A stretch of 23,545 bases of DNA, from NCBI GenBank assembly GCA_964475435.1, contig CAYYWT010000009.1, positions 1 to 23,545 of the forward strand, given 5' to 3'. This DNA comes from an uncultured Eubacteriales bacterium (GTDB lineage: Bacteria; Bacillota; Clostridia; TANB77; RGIG9151). Shown piece after piece: positions 1 through 9,121 of this stretch; position 1 is the first letter of the stretch, and each line of letters starts with the position of its first letter. A model generated the notes under the pieces. That model was not told the origin of the DNA, did no database searches, and was given only the letters and a program-made list of their open reading frames with translations. The translations under genes and the position numbers were made by a program.

Positions 1-29
1 TTCTCCCCAATAAGACTTCCGTTTATATT

Positions 30-1136
30 TTACCTTTTACCGTCAAAAATTTCTTTCAAAATTCCATTATTGTAAATTCCTCCGAAAACATTTTTCAAGA
101 TAATAAGTACTATCGGGCCAACAATTAATCCAAGCACTCCGATTAGTTGGACACCAGTATACATAGCAATCAATGTAAGCAGTGGATAAATTCCAATTTG
201 AGTCCCGACAATTTTAGGTTCAATCAATTGTCTTACAATCGTTATAAATAAATACATACCTAAAATTCCAAAAGCTAAAGGATAATTTCCCATTACAAGA
301 AGAACTATTCCCCAAGGAATAAGGACAGTACCCGTCCCTAAAATAGGTAAAGCATCAATAATCGCAATAACAATAGCTAAAATCAAAGCATAATCTATTC
401 TAAAAATACTAAGTCCTATAAATAATTCGCAAAAAGTAACAGTAATTAAAATCCCTTGAGCTTTTAAATATCCACCTAATGCATGAAATAAATCATTGGT
501 AATTCCTTCAACCTTAGTAAGCCATTTTAACGGTAAATGTTTTTCAAGCGAGTCCGAAATAAATTTTGTATCCGAACTTATAAAAAACGTTGAAAGCAAG
601 GTAATAATTGTATAAATTAAAGCGTTCGGTAAATTAACAACAAGACTTACAGCAAAATTTCCGGCCGAATTAATTAACTCAGACAATGAAGTTAATAATG
701 TATTAACAATACTAAGTACCGTACTTTGAATACCGGACACCAATTCAGGCGATAAATTCAAATTCTGATAAAAGAAATTAAATCTTCCGATTTGAGTAGA
801 AATCGCTGTATATAAAGTAGGGAAAATATAATTCGTTTGCGCTGATAAAGAAATTACTTCTCTTATAACTGCCGCAACAAACCAATAACAAATAGCCGCA
901 ACTATTCCTATAAAAGCTAAAATACACATAATTACCGAAACTACTCTAGGGAATTTAAATTTTTTCGTGAGTAAATTTACCGGTTTTTCAATTATCTTAG
1001 AAATTACATAAGCAATTACAAACGGTAAAAAGAATACAGCAAGCTTTAACCCTAAAATAACTCCCAGCAATACTAAAATCGTCGTAACAAAAAATTTAAT
1101 CATTTTTTTGTAATTTATTCTAAACTCTCCTTCCAC
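30..1136 (-). CDS. ytvI: AI-2E (PerM/UPF0118) family integral membrane protein, YtvI-like
   Basis: 368-aa ORF that is hydrophobic throughout with multiple predicted TM helices. Size and layout are typical of AI-2E transporters, and the spore-former context suggests YtvI. The first codon is GTG (cac at 1134-1136), preceded by GGGGTGG. An internal ATG at 1103 is an alternative start. Confidence 0.6.
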   Translation of the reverse strand: MEGEFRINYKKMIKFFVTTILVLLGVILGLKLAVFFLPFVIAYVISKIIEKPVNLLTKKFKFPRVVSVIMCILAFIGIVAAICYWFVAAVIREVISLSAQTNYIFPTLYTAISTQIGRFNFFYQNLNLSPELVSGIQSTVLSIVNTLLTSLSELINSAGNFAVSLVVNLPNALIYTIITLLSTFFISSDTKFISDSLEKHLPLKWLTKVEGITNDLFHALGGYLKAQGILITVTFCELFIGLSIFRIDYALILAIVIAIIDALPILGTGTVLIPWGIVLLVMGNYPLAFGILGMYLFITIVRQLIEPKIVGTQIGIYPLLTLIAMYTGVQLIGVLGLIVGPIVLIILKNVFGGIYNNGILKEIFDGKR

Positions 1137-1200
1137 AATACCACCCCTAAACTAAATATTTTTCCTTAATTATATCGGATTAATTTAATAAAATATATAT

Positions 1201-2235
1201 CTATTTTTCTAAATATGGCTTAATAATTCTAAAAATCTTTTCATCAGCATTTTCTTTTTTTACATCTCTTGGCTTCTTATTATTTTTCAGCATTTTTAAT
1301 ATCAATGAATTTAATTTATCCGCAGTCAAATCCTTTTCAAGCAAAACTACGCCATTGCCGTTTTTCTCAAACTCTCGTGCATTGTATTCTTGATGATTTT
1401 CAGCCGCAGTCGGAAGAGGAACTAATATCCCGGGCAGTCCAACAGCTTCAAGTTCGCTAATGGTAAGAGCTCCGGCTCTAGCTACTACAAGAGAAACCTT
1501 AGAATACATATACGGCATATTATTTATGTACGGAAGTAATTCAATTTTACTTAAATCTTTTATACGACTCTTTACGTCTTCAAAATTTTTTTCACCTGTC
1601 GCATAAATCAGCTTATATTCCAGTTTATAATTATTAACCAGCTCAATTATAGTCTCATTTATAGCCCTTGCTCCCTGGCTTCCGCCAAAAACTAAAACAG
1701 AATTACCTTCGTCAACTCTTTTTACATCAAAAAACTCTTGATTTATCGGATTACCGGTAACAAAAACAAATTTACTTTTAAAATCTTTTTTCGTACCTTC
1801 AAATCCCAGCGCAATTCCATCAGCAAATTTACCTATAAACTTATTAGTTTTTCCGGCAATAGAATTACTTTCATGAATAAAAACAGGTATCTTTAACATT
1901 TTTTTAGCTACAAACAAAACCGGAGCACACACATATCCTCCCATTCCTATAACAATTTTAGGTTTTAGCTCTTTTAAAAGTTTATGTGCTTCACAAATCC
2001 CTCTAGTATTAGATAAAACCGATTTTGCAAGTTTTATCGGATTTTTAGATAATCCTTTAGAATGTATAAATCTAATTTCATATCCAGCTCTTGGCACAAG
2101 TTTTCCCTCTAGACCATATTCAGTACCAATAAACGTAATTTTGGCATTGGGATAATTTTTTTTTATTATATTAGCAATAGAAATTCCCGGATTTATATGA
2201 CCGGCAGTTCCACCAGCAGCAATAACTATATTCAT
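1201..2235 (-). CDS. murG: Undecaprenyl-PP-MurNAc-pentapeptide UDP-GlcNAc transferase MurG
   Basis: N-terminal IAAGGTAGHINPG loop, a GGSQGA motif, and about 345 aa. I moved the start from the track position 2268 to the ATG at 2235 (cat 2233-2235), which has AAAGGAGA upstream. The 11-codon extension would run through the trxA terminator hairpin. Confidence 0.92.
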   Translation of the reverse strand: MNIVIAAGGTAGHINPGISIANIIKKNYPNAKITFIGTEYGLEGKLVPRAGYEIRFIHSKGLSKNPIKLAKSVLSNTRGICEAHKLLKELKPKIVIGMGGYVCAPVLFVAKKMLKIPVFIHESNSIAGKTNKFIGKFADGIALGFEGTKKDFKSKFVFVTGNPINQEFFDVKRVDEGNSVLVFGGSQGARAINETIIELVNNYKLEYKLIYATGEKNFEDVKSRIKDLSKIELLPYINNMPYMYSKVSLVVARAGALTISELEAVGLPGILVPLPTAAENHQEYNAREFEKNGNGVVLLEKDLTADKLNSLILKMLKNNKKPRDVKKENADEKIFRIIKPYLEK

Positions 2236-2261
2236 ATTTCGTCTCCTTTTGAATATTTTAA

Positions 2262-2298
2262 AACGCATTAGTCTTATAAATCTTAAAACTAATGCGTT
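2262..2298 (-). terminator. Probable intrinsic terminator after trxA
   Basis: Perfect 11-bp inverted repeat AACGCATTAGT (2262-2272) / ACTAATGCGTT (2288-2298) with a 15-nt loop. On the minus strand it is followed by TTTTAAAATATT. It lies 17 nt downstream of the trxA stop. Confidence 0.5.
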
Positions 2299-2314
2299 CT
2301 TTGTTACTTAAAAA

Positions 2315-2638
2315 CTACAATACTCTTTCTACCATACTTTGATATTCTTCTTTAGTCCTAAGTCCAACAACTTTATCTATAACTTCACCGTTTTTCAAAA
2401 TCATAACGGTGGGAATGCTATGAATTTTAAACATCTTAGCCATATCCGGCATATCGTCAACGTTTACTTTGCAAACAGGCATCTTTCCTTCAAATTCATC
2501 GGCCAAAGATTCAATAACCGGTCCAACCATCCTACAAGGTCCACACCAATTAGCCCAAAAATCAACAATTACAGGCTTACTCGAGTTAATAAAACTTCCA
2601 TAATTTTCGTTTGTTAAATTAATAACTTTGTTATCCAT
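2315..2638 (-). CDS. trxA: Thioredoxin
   Basis: 107 aa with the WCGPC active site (FWANWCGPCRM) and the thioredoxin-fold length. Confidence 0.93.
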   Translation of the reverse strand: MDNKVINLTNENYGSFINSSKPVIVDFWANWCGPCRMVGPVIESLADEFEGKMPVCKVNVDDMPDMAKMFKIHSIPTVMILKNGEVIDKVVGLRTKEEYQSMVERVL

Positions 2639-2673
2639 TTTATCAAATCCTCTCTTTTGTATTTCATTCTCTC

Positions 2674-4353
2674 TTAGTCTGTAATCAAAGCTTTAAAATC
2701 ATTCATATTTTTCATAAAATCAAACGCACCATCGTTTCTTATTCTTTGTTTATAAGCAGGGTTTAATTTTACAGCCTGTGTTAAATTCTCCATAACCTTA
2801 GCGTATTCCTTCTTATATGCATATATTCTTGAAATATTATAATAAGGATTAGGGTATTCAGGATTTACTCTTATAGCTTTTATATAATTTTCTTCAGCAA
2901 CAGAATATTCTTCTTTTATAACCGCAATTTGACCTAATCCGAAATATGCTTCCGCAAGCTCAGAATTCTTCAACGTAGAAATAGTAAAATATTTTTTTGC
3001 ATTCTCATAATCTTTCAATTCCATATAAGCAATTCCGGCATTAAAATATAATTCATAATTATCCGGATCATATTTAATCGCATTTTCACAAACGCTTACC
3101 GCAGTACTTTGATTTCCGTTTCCACAATATAAAATCGCAAGCATATTAGAGGCAGAAGTATAATCCGGCTTTAATTCAAGAGTTCTGTTAAGTTCATCAA
3201 TCGCGAGCGCCTTCTCATCAGCTTTCTCTAAAGCAAGCGCCAAATTATAATGAAATCTATAATCGTTCGGCGTAATTTCAATCGCATTTCTAAACGTATT
3301 TATGGATTCAGTAGTTTTATCTGTTTCGTATAAAAGTATTCCCATATTATAATATAACGACGCATTATTCGGATCTAATCTTATAGCTTTTCTATAATTA
3401 ACTATCGCCTTATCATATTCCTTCTTAAAAGCAAGTAAAGTACCAATTTTTCCGTAACTAGCAAAATCTTCCGGTTCATATTCAGATAACTTTTCGTACA
3501 TTTTAGCAGCTTCTTCATATCTTTTTAAATTTTCTAAAATAATCGCAAGCGGCTTATAAACTAAAATCCAGTTAGACTTAGCTTCTCCCGCCTTCTTAAA
3601 ATTCTCAACAGCAAGCTCAGGTTTATTCCAACAAGCAAAAGCCAACGCTAAATTATAATAAACATCAAACTTCTCAATTCCCTGAATAATAATCTTAGCA
3701 CGATCGAATGCAATAGAAGCACTAGAATCGCCATCAATTTCTTGATTTTCTAAAAGTTCAGCAGCTCTTAGGAATCTTACAGTTGCTTGTTCATAATTAG
3801 CATTCTTCATATATATAACTCCGGCATTAAATAATATAATAGGATTTTCATTAAATAAAGCCTCAGCACCGTTATAAATATCCAAAGCCTCTTTATATTC
3901 ACCTTTTTCCGCCAAACTTTCAGCCTTAGCAAATCTATCTTTTAGCTGTACAAAAATGTCATCTTCATTTAATTTATTCCATTTAACAATATCAGCCGGA
4001 TCTTTAGGATCTAACATAGGAATTTTATTATAATATTCATTAACAGTTCCCTTTTCAAAAATATTTCCTCCGGGACCCAATAATCCCATAATATTATTTC
4101 TTATCATTCCAAAATAATCATTAAAGAATATAAATCCCGGTATTAATATTCCTAAAACAACCGAAATAATTTCAAATAAATAATTTCCATAATAAACACC
4201 ATTAAACAAATTCAGCACATTAAAAGTTATAGCTACAACTTCACCACCGGCAACCGCTAAATACGATTCCTTTCGCTTAGTTATATACGATCTTATCGTA
4301 TATACAAAGAATAAAATCGCAAAAATATTATAGATTATTCTTTCGATAATCAT
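2674..4353 (-). CDS. Membrane-anchored tetratricopeptide (TPR) repeat protein
   Basis: 559 aa. The N-terminal ~90 aa contain 2-3 hydrophobic helices. The rest consists of repeated 34-aa A..Y/F...G..Y....Y..A...Y.KA units (for example YNLALAF, YYNMGILLYE, YFNAGIAYMEL, YFGLGQIAV). Confidence 0.8.
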   Translation of the reverse strand: MIIERIIYNIFAILFFVYTIRSYITKRKESYLAVAGGEVVAITFNVLNLFNGVYYGNYLFEIISVVLGILIPGFIFFNDYFGMIRNNIMGLLGPGGNIFEKGTVNEYYNKIPMLDPKDPADIVKWNKLNEDDIFVQLKDRFAKAESLAEKGEYKEALDIYNGAEALFNENPIILFNAGVIYMKNANYEQATVRFLRAAELLENQEIDGDSSASIAFDRAKIIIQGIEKFDVYYNLALAFACWNKPELAVENFKKAGEAKSNWILVYKPLAIILENLKRYEEAAKMYEKLSEYEPEDFASYGKIGTLLAFKKEYDKAIVNYRKAIRLDPNNASLYYNMGILLYETDKTTESINTFRNAIEITPNDYRFHYNLALALEKADEKALAIDELNRTLELKPDYTSASNMLAILYCGNGNQSTAVSVCENAIKYDPDNYELYFNAGIAYMELKDYENAKKYFTISTLKNSELAEAYFGLGQIAVIKEEYSVAEENYIKAIRVNPEYPNPYYNISRIYAYKKEYAKVMENLTQAVKLNPAYKQRIRNDGAFDFMKNMNDFKALITD

Positions 4354-4374
4354 TTACTATCCCTCCAAAATCCA

Positions 4375-5241
4375 CTAATCTTCTAATTTCTTCAACTCTT
4401 CCATATCTTCTGCTACATTTTTTTCATGACACGCCTTTATAACTTTAACCTCACTTGCCTTAAAGGTTTCCAAGTCAACATCATCATTTTTTCCGTTTAA
4501 TTTTACTTTAACTTCTTCTTTTAATATGTTCGACGAAACAACTACTCCTTCTCCCATAGAGGTAGATACAAGCGAACCGGCTCTAGGCACTCTTTTTATC
4601 TTTTCTTCATATCCGCATTGTTCATAAGCTAAACAACACATAAGCCTTCCGCAAAATCCTGAAATTTTAGTAGGATTTAAGGATAAAGATTGGTCTTTAG
4701 CCATCTTTATAGAAACCGGTTGAAAATCGCCTAAAAATTTATGACAACAAAACTCTCTCCCGCAATGTCCAAGTCCGCCAATCATCTTAGCTTCATCTCT
4801 TACACCGATTTGTCTAAGTTCTATACGGGTTTTAAAAATCGCCGCCAAATCCTTTACCAACTCTCTAAAATCAATTCTTCCATCAGCAGAGAAATAAAAT
4901 ATAACCTTGCTATTATCAAAAGTATACTCAGCCTCAATAAACTTCATATTAAGTTTATGATCTTGAGCCTTCTTTACGCATATATCAAAAGCTTCTTTCT
5001 CTTTTCGCTTATTTTCTTCATTTTTCTTGTAATCTTCAGGAGTAGCAACTCTAATAACATTTTTTAACGGATTTTGTAAATTATCTTCTGAAATTTCCTT
5101 ATCAATTAAAGTTACATATCCAAACTCCAAACCTCTTATAGTTTCAACAATTACAGCATCTTCCTTATTAATTTTTAATCCATTCGGATTAAAATAATAC
5201 GTTTTCCCTTTTTCCTTAAACTTAACACCAACAATATTCAT
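4375..5241 (-). CDS. ricT: PSP1-domain regulatory protein RicT (YaaT, stage 0 sporulation protein)
   Basis: N-terminus MNIVGVKFKEKGKTYYF, and Cys clusters GHCGREFCCHKF and CGRLMCCLAYE characteristic of YaaT/PSP1. It sits immediately downstream of holB, as in Bacillus. Confidence 0.9.
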   Translation of the reverse strand: MNIVGVKFKEKGKTYYFNPNGLKINKEDAVIVETIRGLEFGYVTLIDKEISEDNLQNPLKNVIRVATPEDYKKNEENKRKEKEAFDICVKKAQDHKLNMKFIEAEYTFDNSKVIFYFSADGRIDFRELVKDLAAIFKTRIELRQIGVRDEAKMIGGLGHCGREFCCHKFLGDFQPVSIKMAKDQSLSLNPTKISGFCGRLMCCLAYEQCGYEEKIKRVPRAGSLVSTSMGEGVVVSSNILKEEVKVKLNGKNDDVDLETFKASEVKVIKACHEKNVAEDMEELKKLED

Positions 5242-5256
5242 AAAAATTCCTTTCTG

Positions 5257-6000
5257 CTAACAATCTTTAAAAGCCAATAACATCTCATCAATTGCCATTG
5301 AAAAATTACAATTTCCATTTAGCCTATGTTCCGTCAAATCAATTATAGGAACATATTTCGCAACAGAAATTATATCACTGTTTCCTCCAACTGGCAACCC
5401 ATTTTTATTGTTAACTATTAACTCATCGCAATATTTTAACATTTCGTGTAAAATTTCAATAATATTATCCTTGTTTTTCTCAAAAAATTCTGAAAATTTT
5501 AGCACATCAATTACACTTTTCTCAGGAATAGAGTCTATTATATTCTTTATTTCAGGTTCAATATGAATTCCACCATCATTTTTTATTTTTATACGCTTAA
5601 CACGAGACCTTATAGTATTTATAACACTATATATCGAAGACGAGATGAGAATAATAACCGCATAAGCCGGCGGTTCTTCTAAAGTCTTTAACAAACAATT
5701 TTGAGCAGAAATATTTAATTTTTCGGCATAAGGTATAATATAAACCTTTCTATGACTCATTAATGGCTTTATCGCGATATCCTTTTGCAATTCTCTTATA
5801 CTTTCAACCTTTATAGATTTTTCTTCAGTTATAAAAACTGTACAATCCGGGTTATTTTGAGTCTCTTTTCCCAATATTAAAGACGCAAACTCTTTAGCTT
5901 CTTCAAGCGCTTTATTTTCATCATTACATTCTAAAAAATAAGCGTGGTTAATACTCTCATTTTCTATATCATTTTTCAATTCACTTATCATTTTTCTCAC
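5257..6000 (-). CDS. holB: DNA polymerase III delta-prime subunit (short form)
   Basis: HAYFLE.., LLKTLEEPP and TIRSRV (SRC-like) motifs, with a yaaR-holB-yaaT context. At 247 aa it is shorter than the ~330-aa Bacillus protein, and the P-loop is degenerate. Confidence 0.8.
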   Translation of the reverse strand: MRKMISELKNDIENESINHAYFLECNDENKALEEAKEFASLILGKETQNNPDCTVFITEEKSIKVESIRELQKDIAIKPLMSHRKVYIIPYAEKLNISAQNCLLKTLEEPPAYAVIILISSSIYSVINTIRSRVKRIKIKNDGGIHIEPEIKNIIDSIPEKSVIDVLKFSEFFEKNKDNIIEILHEMLKYCDELIVNNKNGLPVGGNSDIISVAKYVPIIDLTEHRLNGNCNFSMAIDEMLLAFKDC

Positions 6001-6016
6001 CTTAATCCAGTATCTA

Positions 6017-6466
6017 TCACATCAATAAATCTACTAACATTCCTTGTAAACCGCTAATTTTATCAACAATTTTCAATTTATCTTTTTCAGAACTCATCAG
6101 CTCCTGAGTTAAATTTTCAAGTTCTTCATCTACCTTTTTAACAATTCCCATTATTTTATACGAACCATCTCTTCCAAACTTACTTTCCTTAGAATACTTA
6201 TAAGAAAATCTCACTGTATGTTCCAAAAACTCTTTTATCATAGCTTTATACTCTATCAAATCTTTTAGTTCCATTTTTTCTTTCACAAACTTGCCTTTTT
6301 CGGCAATATCTTTTAACTTTTTTTCAAGTTGTTCTCTTTCATTATCTCTTTCAAATCCGCCAAGATTATCGGAAAAACTACTACCGTTAGACTTCCTTAT
6401 TTTCCCGTTTCCACCGGTCGTATGAGTAATCGTAGAAGATGTCAAACCAACTCCGTTTACCTTCAA
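6017..6466 (-). CDS. yaaR: YaaR (DUF327) family protein
   Basis: 149 aa with a C-terminal ...ISGLQGMLVDLL end typical of DUF327, positioned upstream of holB. It has a TTG start (caa 6464-6466) with AGGAGGAG 6 nt upstream. Confidence 0.75.
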   Translation of the reverse strand: MKVNGVGLTSSTITHTTGGNGKIRKSNGSSFSDNLGGFERDNEREQLEKKLKDIAEKGKFVKEKMELKDLIEYKAMIKEFLEHTVRFSYKYSKESKFGRDGSYKIMGIVKKVDEELENLTQELMSSEKDKLKIVDKISGLQGMLVDLLM

Positions 6467-6493
6467 ATTTAACTCCTCCTTACAATTAATTTC

Positions 6494-6522
6494 TTTACAA
6501 ATTCATACCGATATTGTATCAT
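6494..6522 (+). promoter_or_regulatory. Candidate sigma-A promoter for tmk
   Basis: TTTACA (6494-6499), a 17-nt spacer, then TATCAT (6517-6522). Its -10 overlaps the -10 of the divergent promoter. Confidence 0.4.
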
Positions 6523-6541
6523 ACATATGAAATATAAACAA
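6513..6541 (-). promoter_or_regulatory. Candidate sigma-A promoter for the yaaR-holB-ricT-TPR-trxA operon
   Basis: Minus strand reads TTGTTT (6536-6541), a 17-nt spacer, then TACAAT (6513-6518). Confidence 0.4.
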
Positions 6542-6570
6542 GAAAAAATATTTTGAAAGGATATGAAAAT

Positions 6571-7242
6571 ATGGGAAAAATCATTGTTATAGAAGGATTA
6601 GACGGCTCAGGCAAACAAACTCAGTCTGAGAAATTATATAATAGATTGGTAAATGAAGGATATAACGTAAAAAAGATAGCTTATCCAAGATATGAAAGCC
6701 CTTCTTCTTCTTTGGTAAAAATGTATTTATCCGGAGAATTCGGAAAAGATGCAAACGAGGTAAGTCCGTATATTGCTTCTACTTTTTATGCAGTAGATAG
6801 ATACGCATCATATAAACAAGATTATGAAGAATTTTATAAAAATGATGGAATACTTATTTTAGATAGATATGTAACCGCCAATATGGTTCACCAATCCGGG
6901 AAAATAACTGATTTAGATGAAAAAGAAAAATTTCTTTCTTGGTTATCTGATTTTGAATACGGATTATTCGGAATACCTAAACCTGATAAAGTCTTTTTCC
7001 TAAACATTCCGCCGAAAGTTAGCCAAACGTTAATAAAAAATCGTGAAAATAAGTTCTCTCACGAAAAACAAAAAGATATTCACGAATCAAATGAAACCTA
7101 CTTGAATAAAGCGTATGATAACGCTTGTTATTTAATCAATAAATATAATTGGGATGAAATTAGTTGTACCGAAAATGAAGTTTTACGAACAATCAACGAT
7201 ATACACGAAGAAATCTATAAAAAAACTAAAGAAATTCTATAA
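6571..7242 (+). CDS. tmk: dTMP (thymidylate) kinase
   Basis: P-loop IVIEGLDGSGKQTQ and DRY motif (LILDRYV). I moved the start to the ATG at 6571, with GAAAGGA 9 nt upstream. The track start at 6553 is a TTG with no SD. Confidence 0.9.
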   Translation: MGKIIVIEGLDGSGKQTQSEKLYNRLVNEGYNVKKIAYPRYESPSSSLVKMYLSGEFGKDANEVSPYIASTFYAVDRYASYKQDYEEFYKNDGILILDRYVTANMVHQSGKITDLDEKEKFLSWLSDFEYGLFGIPKPDKVFFLNIPPKVSQTLIKNRENKFSHEKQKDIHESNETYLNKAYDNACYLINKYNWDEISCTENEVLRTINDIHEEIYKKTKEIL

Positions 7243-7258
7243 AAAAATTACAAAATTC

Positions 7259-7432
7259 ATAAAGCATTGTACTTTATTTCGCTCAACAAAAATATTTTTT
7301 GTGGAAAGTGTAGTGCTAAGTTAAAGTACGGAACGGAGCTTACGCTCACATCCTGGGCACCTTTAAAATATGTTTTACATAGAGGGACAAAAAAGCAATT
7401 TTTGTTTCTCTTAATAAAGTACAATGCTTTAT
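7259..7432. repeat. 174-nt palindromic structured element (two inverted ~50-nt repeat units flanking a unique core)
   Basis: Perfect 19-nt terminal inverted repeats ATAAAGCATTGTACTTTAT (7259-7277 and 7414-7432). Each arm continues into an ACAAAAA-loop-TTTTTGT hairpin (7286-7302 and 7387-7405). A central GAGC-TTAC-GCTC hairpin lies at 7336-7347. There is no ORF. Confidence 0.8.
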
Positions 7433-7453
7433 TCTAATGATAAACAGTTTCTT

Positions 7454-8176
7454 TTATTCTGCCATTTTAGTTCTCATATTTTCCAATATTTTTTTCTCCA
7501 TTCTAGAAACTTGCACTTGGGAAATTCCAAGCATATCAGCTACTTTTGTTTGAGTCGCACCTTTAAAGTATCTCATAGTTATAAGTTGTTGCTCTTTCGG
7601 TTTTAATTCTGATACTAATTGTTTTAATACAATCTTTTCGAAATCTTTGTCACTTTGGTACGCATCAGCACACAGTTTATCTATCAAATAAATCGGATTT
7701 TTATCATTCTCATTAACAAGCGCATTTAATGATTCGGTCGGACGCATAGTCTCAAGTGCCATAACAATTTCGTCTTCTGAAATCTTAAGACGTTCCGCTA
7801 ACTCCGTTATTGTAGGATCTTCCCCATTCTTTGCGAAAAAGAAATCTATCGCAAGCCTTATTTTACCGGCAGTTTCTTTTAATGAACGGCTCACTTTTAC
7901 CAATCCGTCATCTCTTAAAAAACGTCTTATCTCACCCATAATAAGGGGAACTGCATACGTTGAAAACTGAGTATTAAAAGAAACATCAAACTTTCGTATA
8001 GCTTTTATAAGACCTATACAGCCTATTTGATATAAATCTTCTTTATCATATCCTCTGTTTAAAAATCTTTTTACTATGCTCCAAACAAGCCCTGAATTTT
8101 TCTCAACTAATAAATCCATCGCTTCTCTTGAATTATTTTGCGCCTTTAAAATTAATTCCTCATTTGTAAACTCCAT
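7454..8176 (-). CDS. sigF: Sporulation sigma factor F
   Basis: Strong identity to SigF signatures (RFLNRGY..DLYQIGCIGLIKA..FSTYAVP.I.GEIRRFLRDDG.VKVSRSLKE; ISQVQVSR), and it is the third gene after spoIIAA-spoIIAB. I moved the start to the ATG at 8176 (cat 8174-8176), with GAAAGGGA upstream. Confidence 0.93.
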   Translation of the reverse strand: MEFTNEELILKAQNNSREAMDLLVEKNSGLVWSIVKRFLNRGYDKEDLYQIGCIGLIKAIRKFDVSFNTQFSTYAVPLIMGEIRRFLRDDGLVKVSRSLKETAGKIRLAIDFFFAKNGEDPTITELAERLKISEDEIVMALETMRPTESLNALVNENDKNPIYLIDKLCADAYQSDKDFEKIVLKQLVSELKPKEQQLITMRYFKGATQTKVADMLGISQVQVSRMEKKILENMRTKMAE

Positions 8177-8249
8177 ATTTATCCCTTTCTCTTTAGTAAA
8201 CAACGGAACCGAGTTCCACATTCATTAATATTTCTATATCAAGCTATCG

Positions 8250-8717
8250 TTACATAACTCTCTCTTTTTCTTTATATACAAAATTCGTTATATTTCTATT
8301 TATTTTTTTGCTCATAGTAACACTGGTACCTTTAGAAAGTTCAGATTTTACTATCAATTTATCCATAAAACTCTCCATAATAGTAAATCCCATACCTGAA
8401 CGTTCCAAATCAGGCTTAGTAGTATAAAGAGGTTCCTTAGCTTTATCTATATCAGCAATGCCCTTGCCCTTATCTTTTATTTGAATAGTTACTACATCAT
8501 CTTTTATTTCCGCAGACACACTTATTATCCCAAGCTCATCATCATAAGCATGAACAATCGAATTCGTAACAGCTTCTGATACCGCCGTTTTTATTTCAGA
8601 CAATTCCTCTATAGTCGGATCTAATTGCGAAACAAATGAGGCAACAGCAACTCTGGCGAAACCTTCATTCGTAGACTTACTTAAAAATTCTATTTTCATC
8701 ATATTATCGTATCCCAT
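8250..8717 (-). CDS. spoIIAB: Anti-sigma F factor / serine kinase SpoIIAB
   Basis: [36 protein letters not shown] (the HATPase N-box region), about 150 aa. The GAGGG SD lies inside the end of spoIIAA. Confidence 0.92.
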   Translation of the reverse strand: MGYDNMMKIEFLSKSTNEGFARVAVASFVSQLDPTIEELSEIKTAVSEAVTNSIVHAYDDELGIISVSAEIKDDVVTIQIKDKGKGIADIDKAKEPLYTTKPDLERSGMGFTIMESFMDKLIVKSELSKGTSVTMSKKINRNITNFVYKEKERVM

Positions 8718-8718
8718 A

Positions 8719-9069
8719 CTATACCCTCACTTTCATCTTTTTTAACGCTATTTCAGTATTTTCATATTCATCTAATATTTTAAATATGCCGGACATTTGA
8801 AAAATCTTCCTCACGGTAGGTTTTAATTTTACTACACTAACATTACCACCTTTTTTAGTAATGGCTTTATACCGTCCCATAATAAGACCTAATCCCGAAC
8901 TATCCATGAAATTAACTCCGTCAAAATCAAAAATAAGTCTTTTAGCTCCTCTAAATTCAATCGCTAAATCCAGCTTGTCCCTTATTTTTTCACAAGTATG
9001 ATGATCTATTTCTTCATTTATTTTTACAACTATCGTCTTACTGTCACTCAAAAAATCTATACTTACCAT
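8719..9069 (-). CDS. spoIIAA: Anti-sigma F factor antagonist SpoIIAA (STAS domain)
   Basis: 116 aa with a STAS fold and the phosphorylatable DSSGLG motif ([10 protein letters not shown]). A strong SD, GGGAGGAGGAG, is present, and it is the first gene of the operon. Confidence 0.92.
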   Translation of the reverse strand: MVSIDFLSDSKTIVVKINEEIDHHTCEKIRDKLDLAIEFRGAKRLIFDFDGVNFMDSSGLGLIMGRYKAITKKGGNVSVVKLKPTVRKIFQMSGIFKILDEYENTEIALKKMKVRV

Positions 9070-9093
9070 ATTTCTCCTCCTCCCAAAACCTTA

Positions 9094-9121
9094 ATTCGCT
9101 TTAGGAGTAAAGTTATCCTTT
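9094..9121 (-). promoter_or_regulatory. Candidate sigma-H promoter of the spoIIA operon
   Basis: Minus strand reads AAAGGATAA (9121-9113), a 14-nt spacer, then CGAAT (9098-9094). This matches the sigma-H consensus RWAGGAXXT-N14-HGAAT except for the last -35 base. Confidence 0.45.

Noticed and set aside
2236-2268. N-terminal extensions in the ORF track for murG, and likewise for sigF (8177-8221), the CBS protein (10798-10821), the S1 protein (21804-21887), tmk (6553-6570), xseB (12495-12503) and mntP (14661-14666).
   Set aside because: In each case an internal ATG has a properly spaced GGAGG-type SD, and the extension either translates that SD, runs through a terminator hairpin, or adds residues not seen in the family.
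5257-6000. holB's short length and degenerate P-loop as an anomaly.
   Set aside because: Delta-prime subunits are known to lack a functional ATP site, and short forms are common in Clostridia, so this is not noteworthy on its own.
7259-7432. The palindromic element as a tRNA, SRP RNA, hammerhead, or small toxin/peptide gene.
   Set aside because: There is no T-arm or anticodon architecture, no SRP domain IV GGAA/AGCAGC motifs, and no CUGAUGA...GAAA core. The only ORFs are 14-18 codons long and fall in different frames in the two homologous copies, so the conservation is at the nucleotide level.
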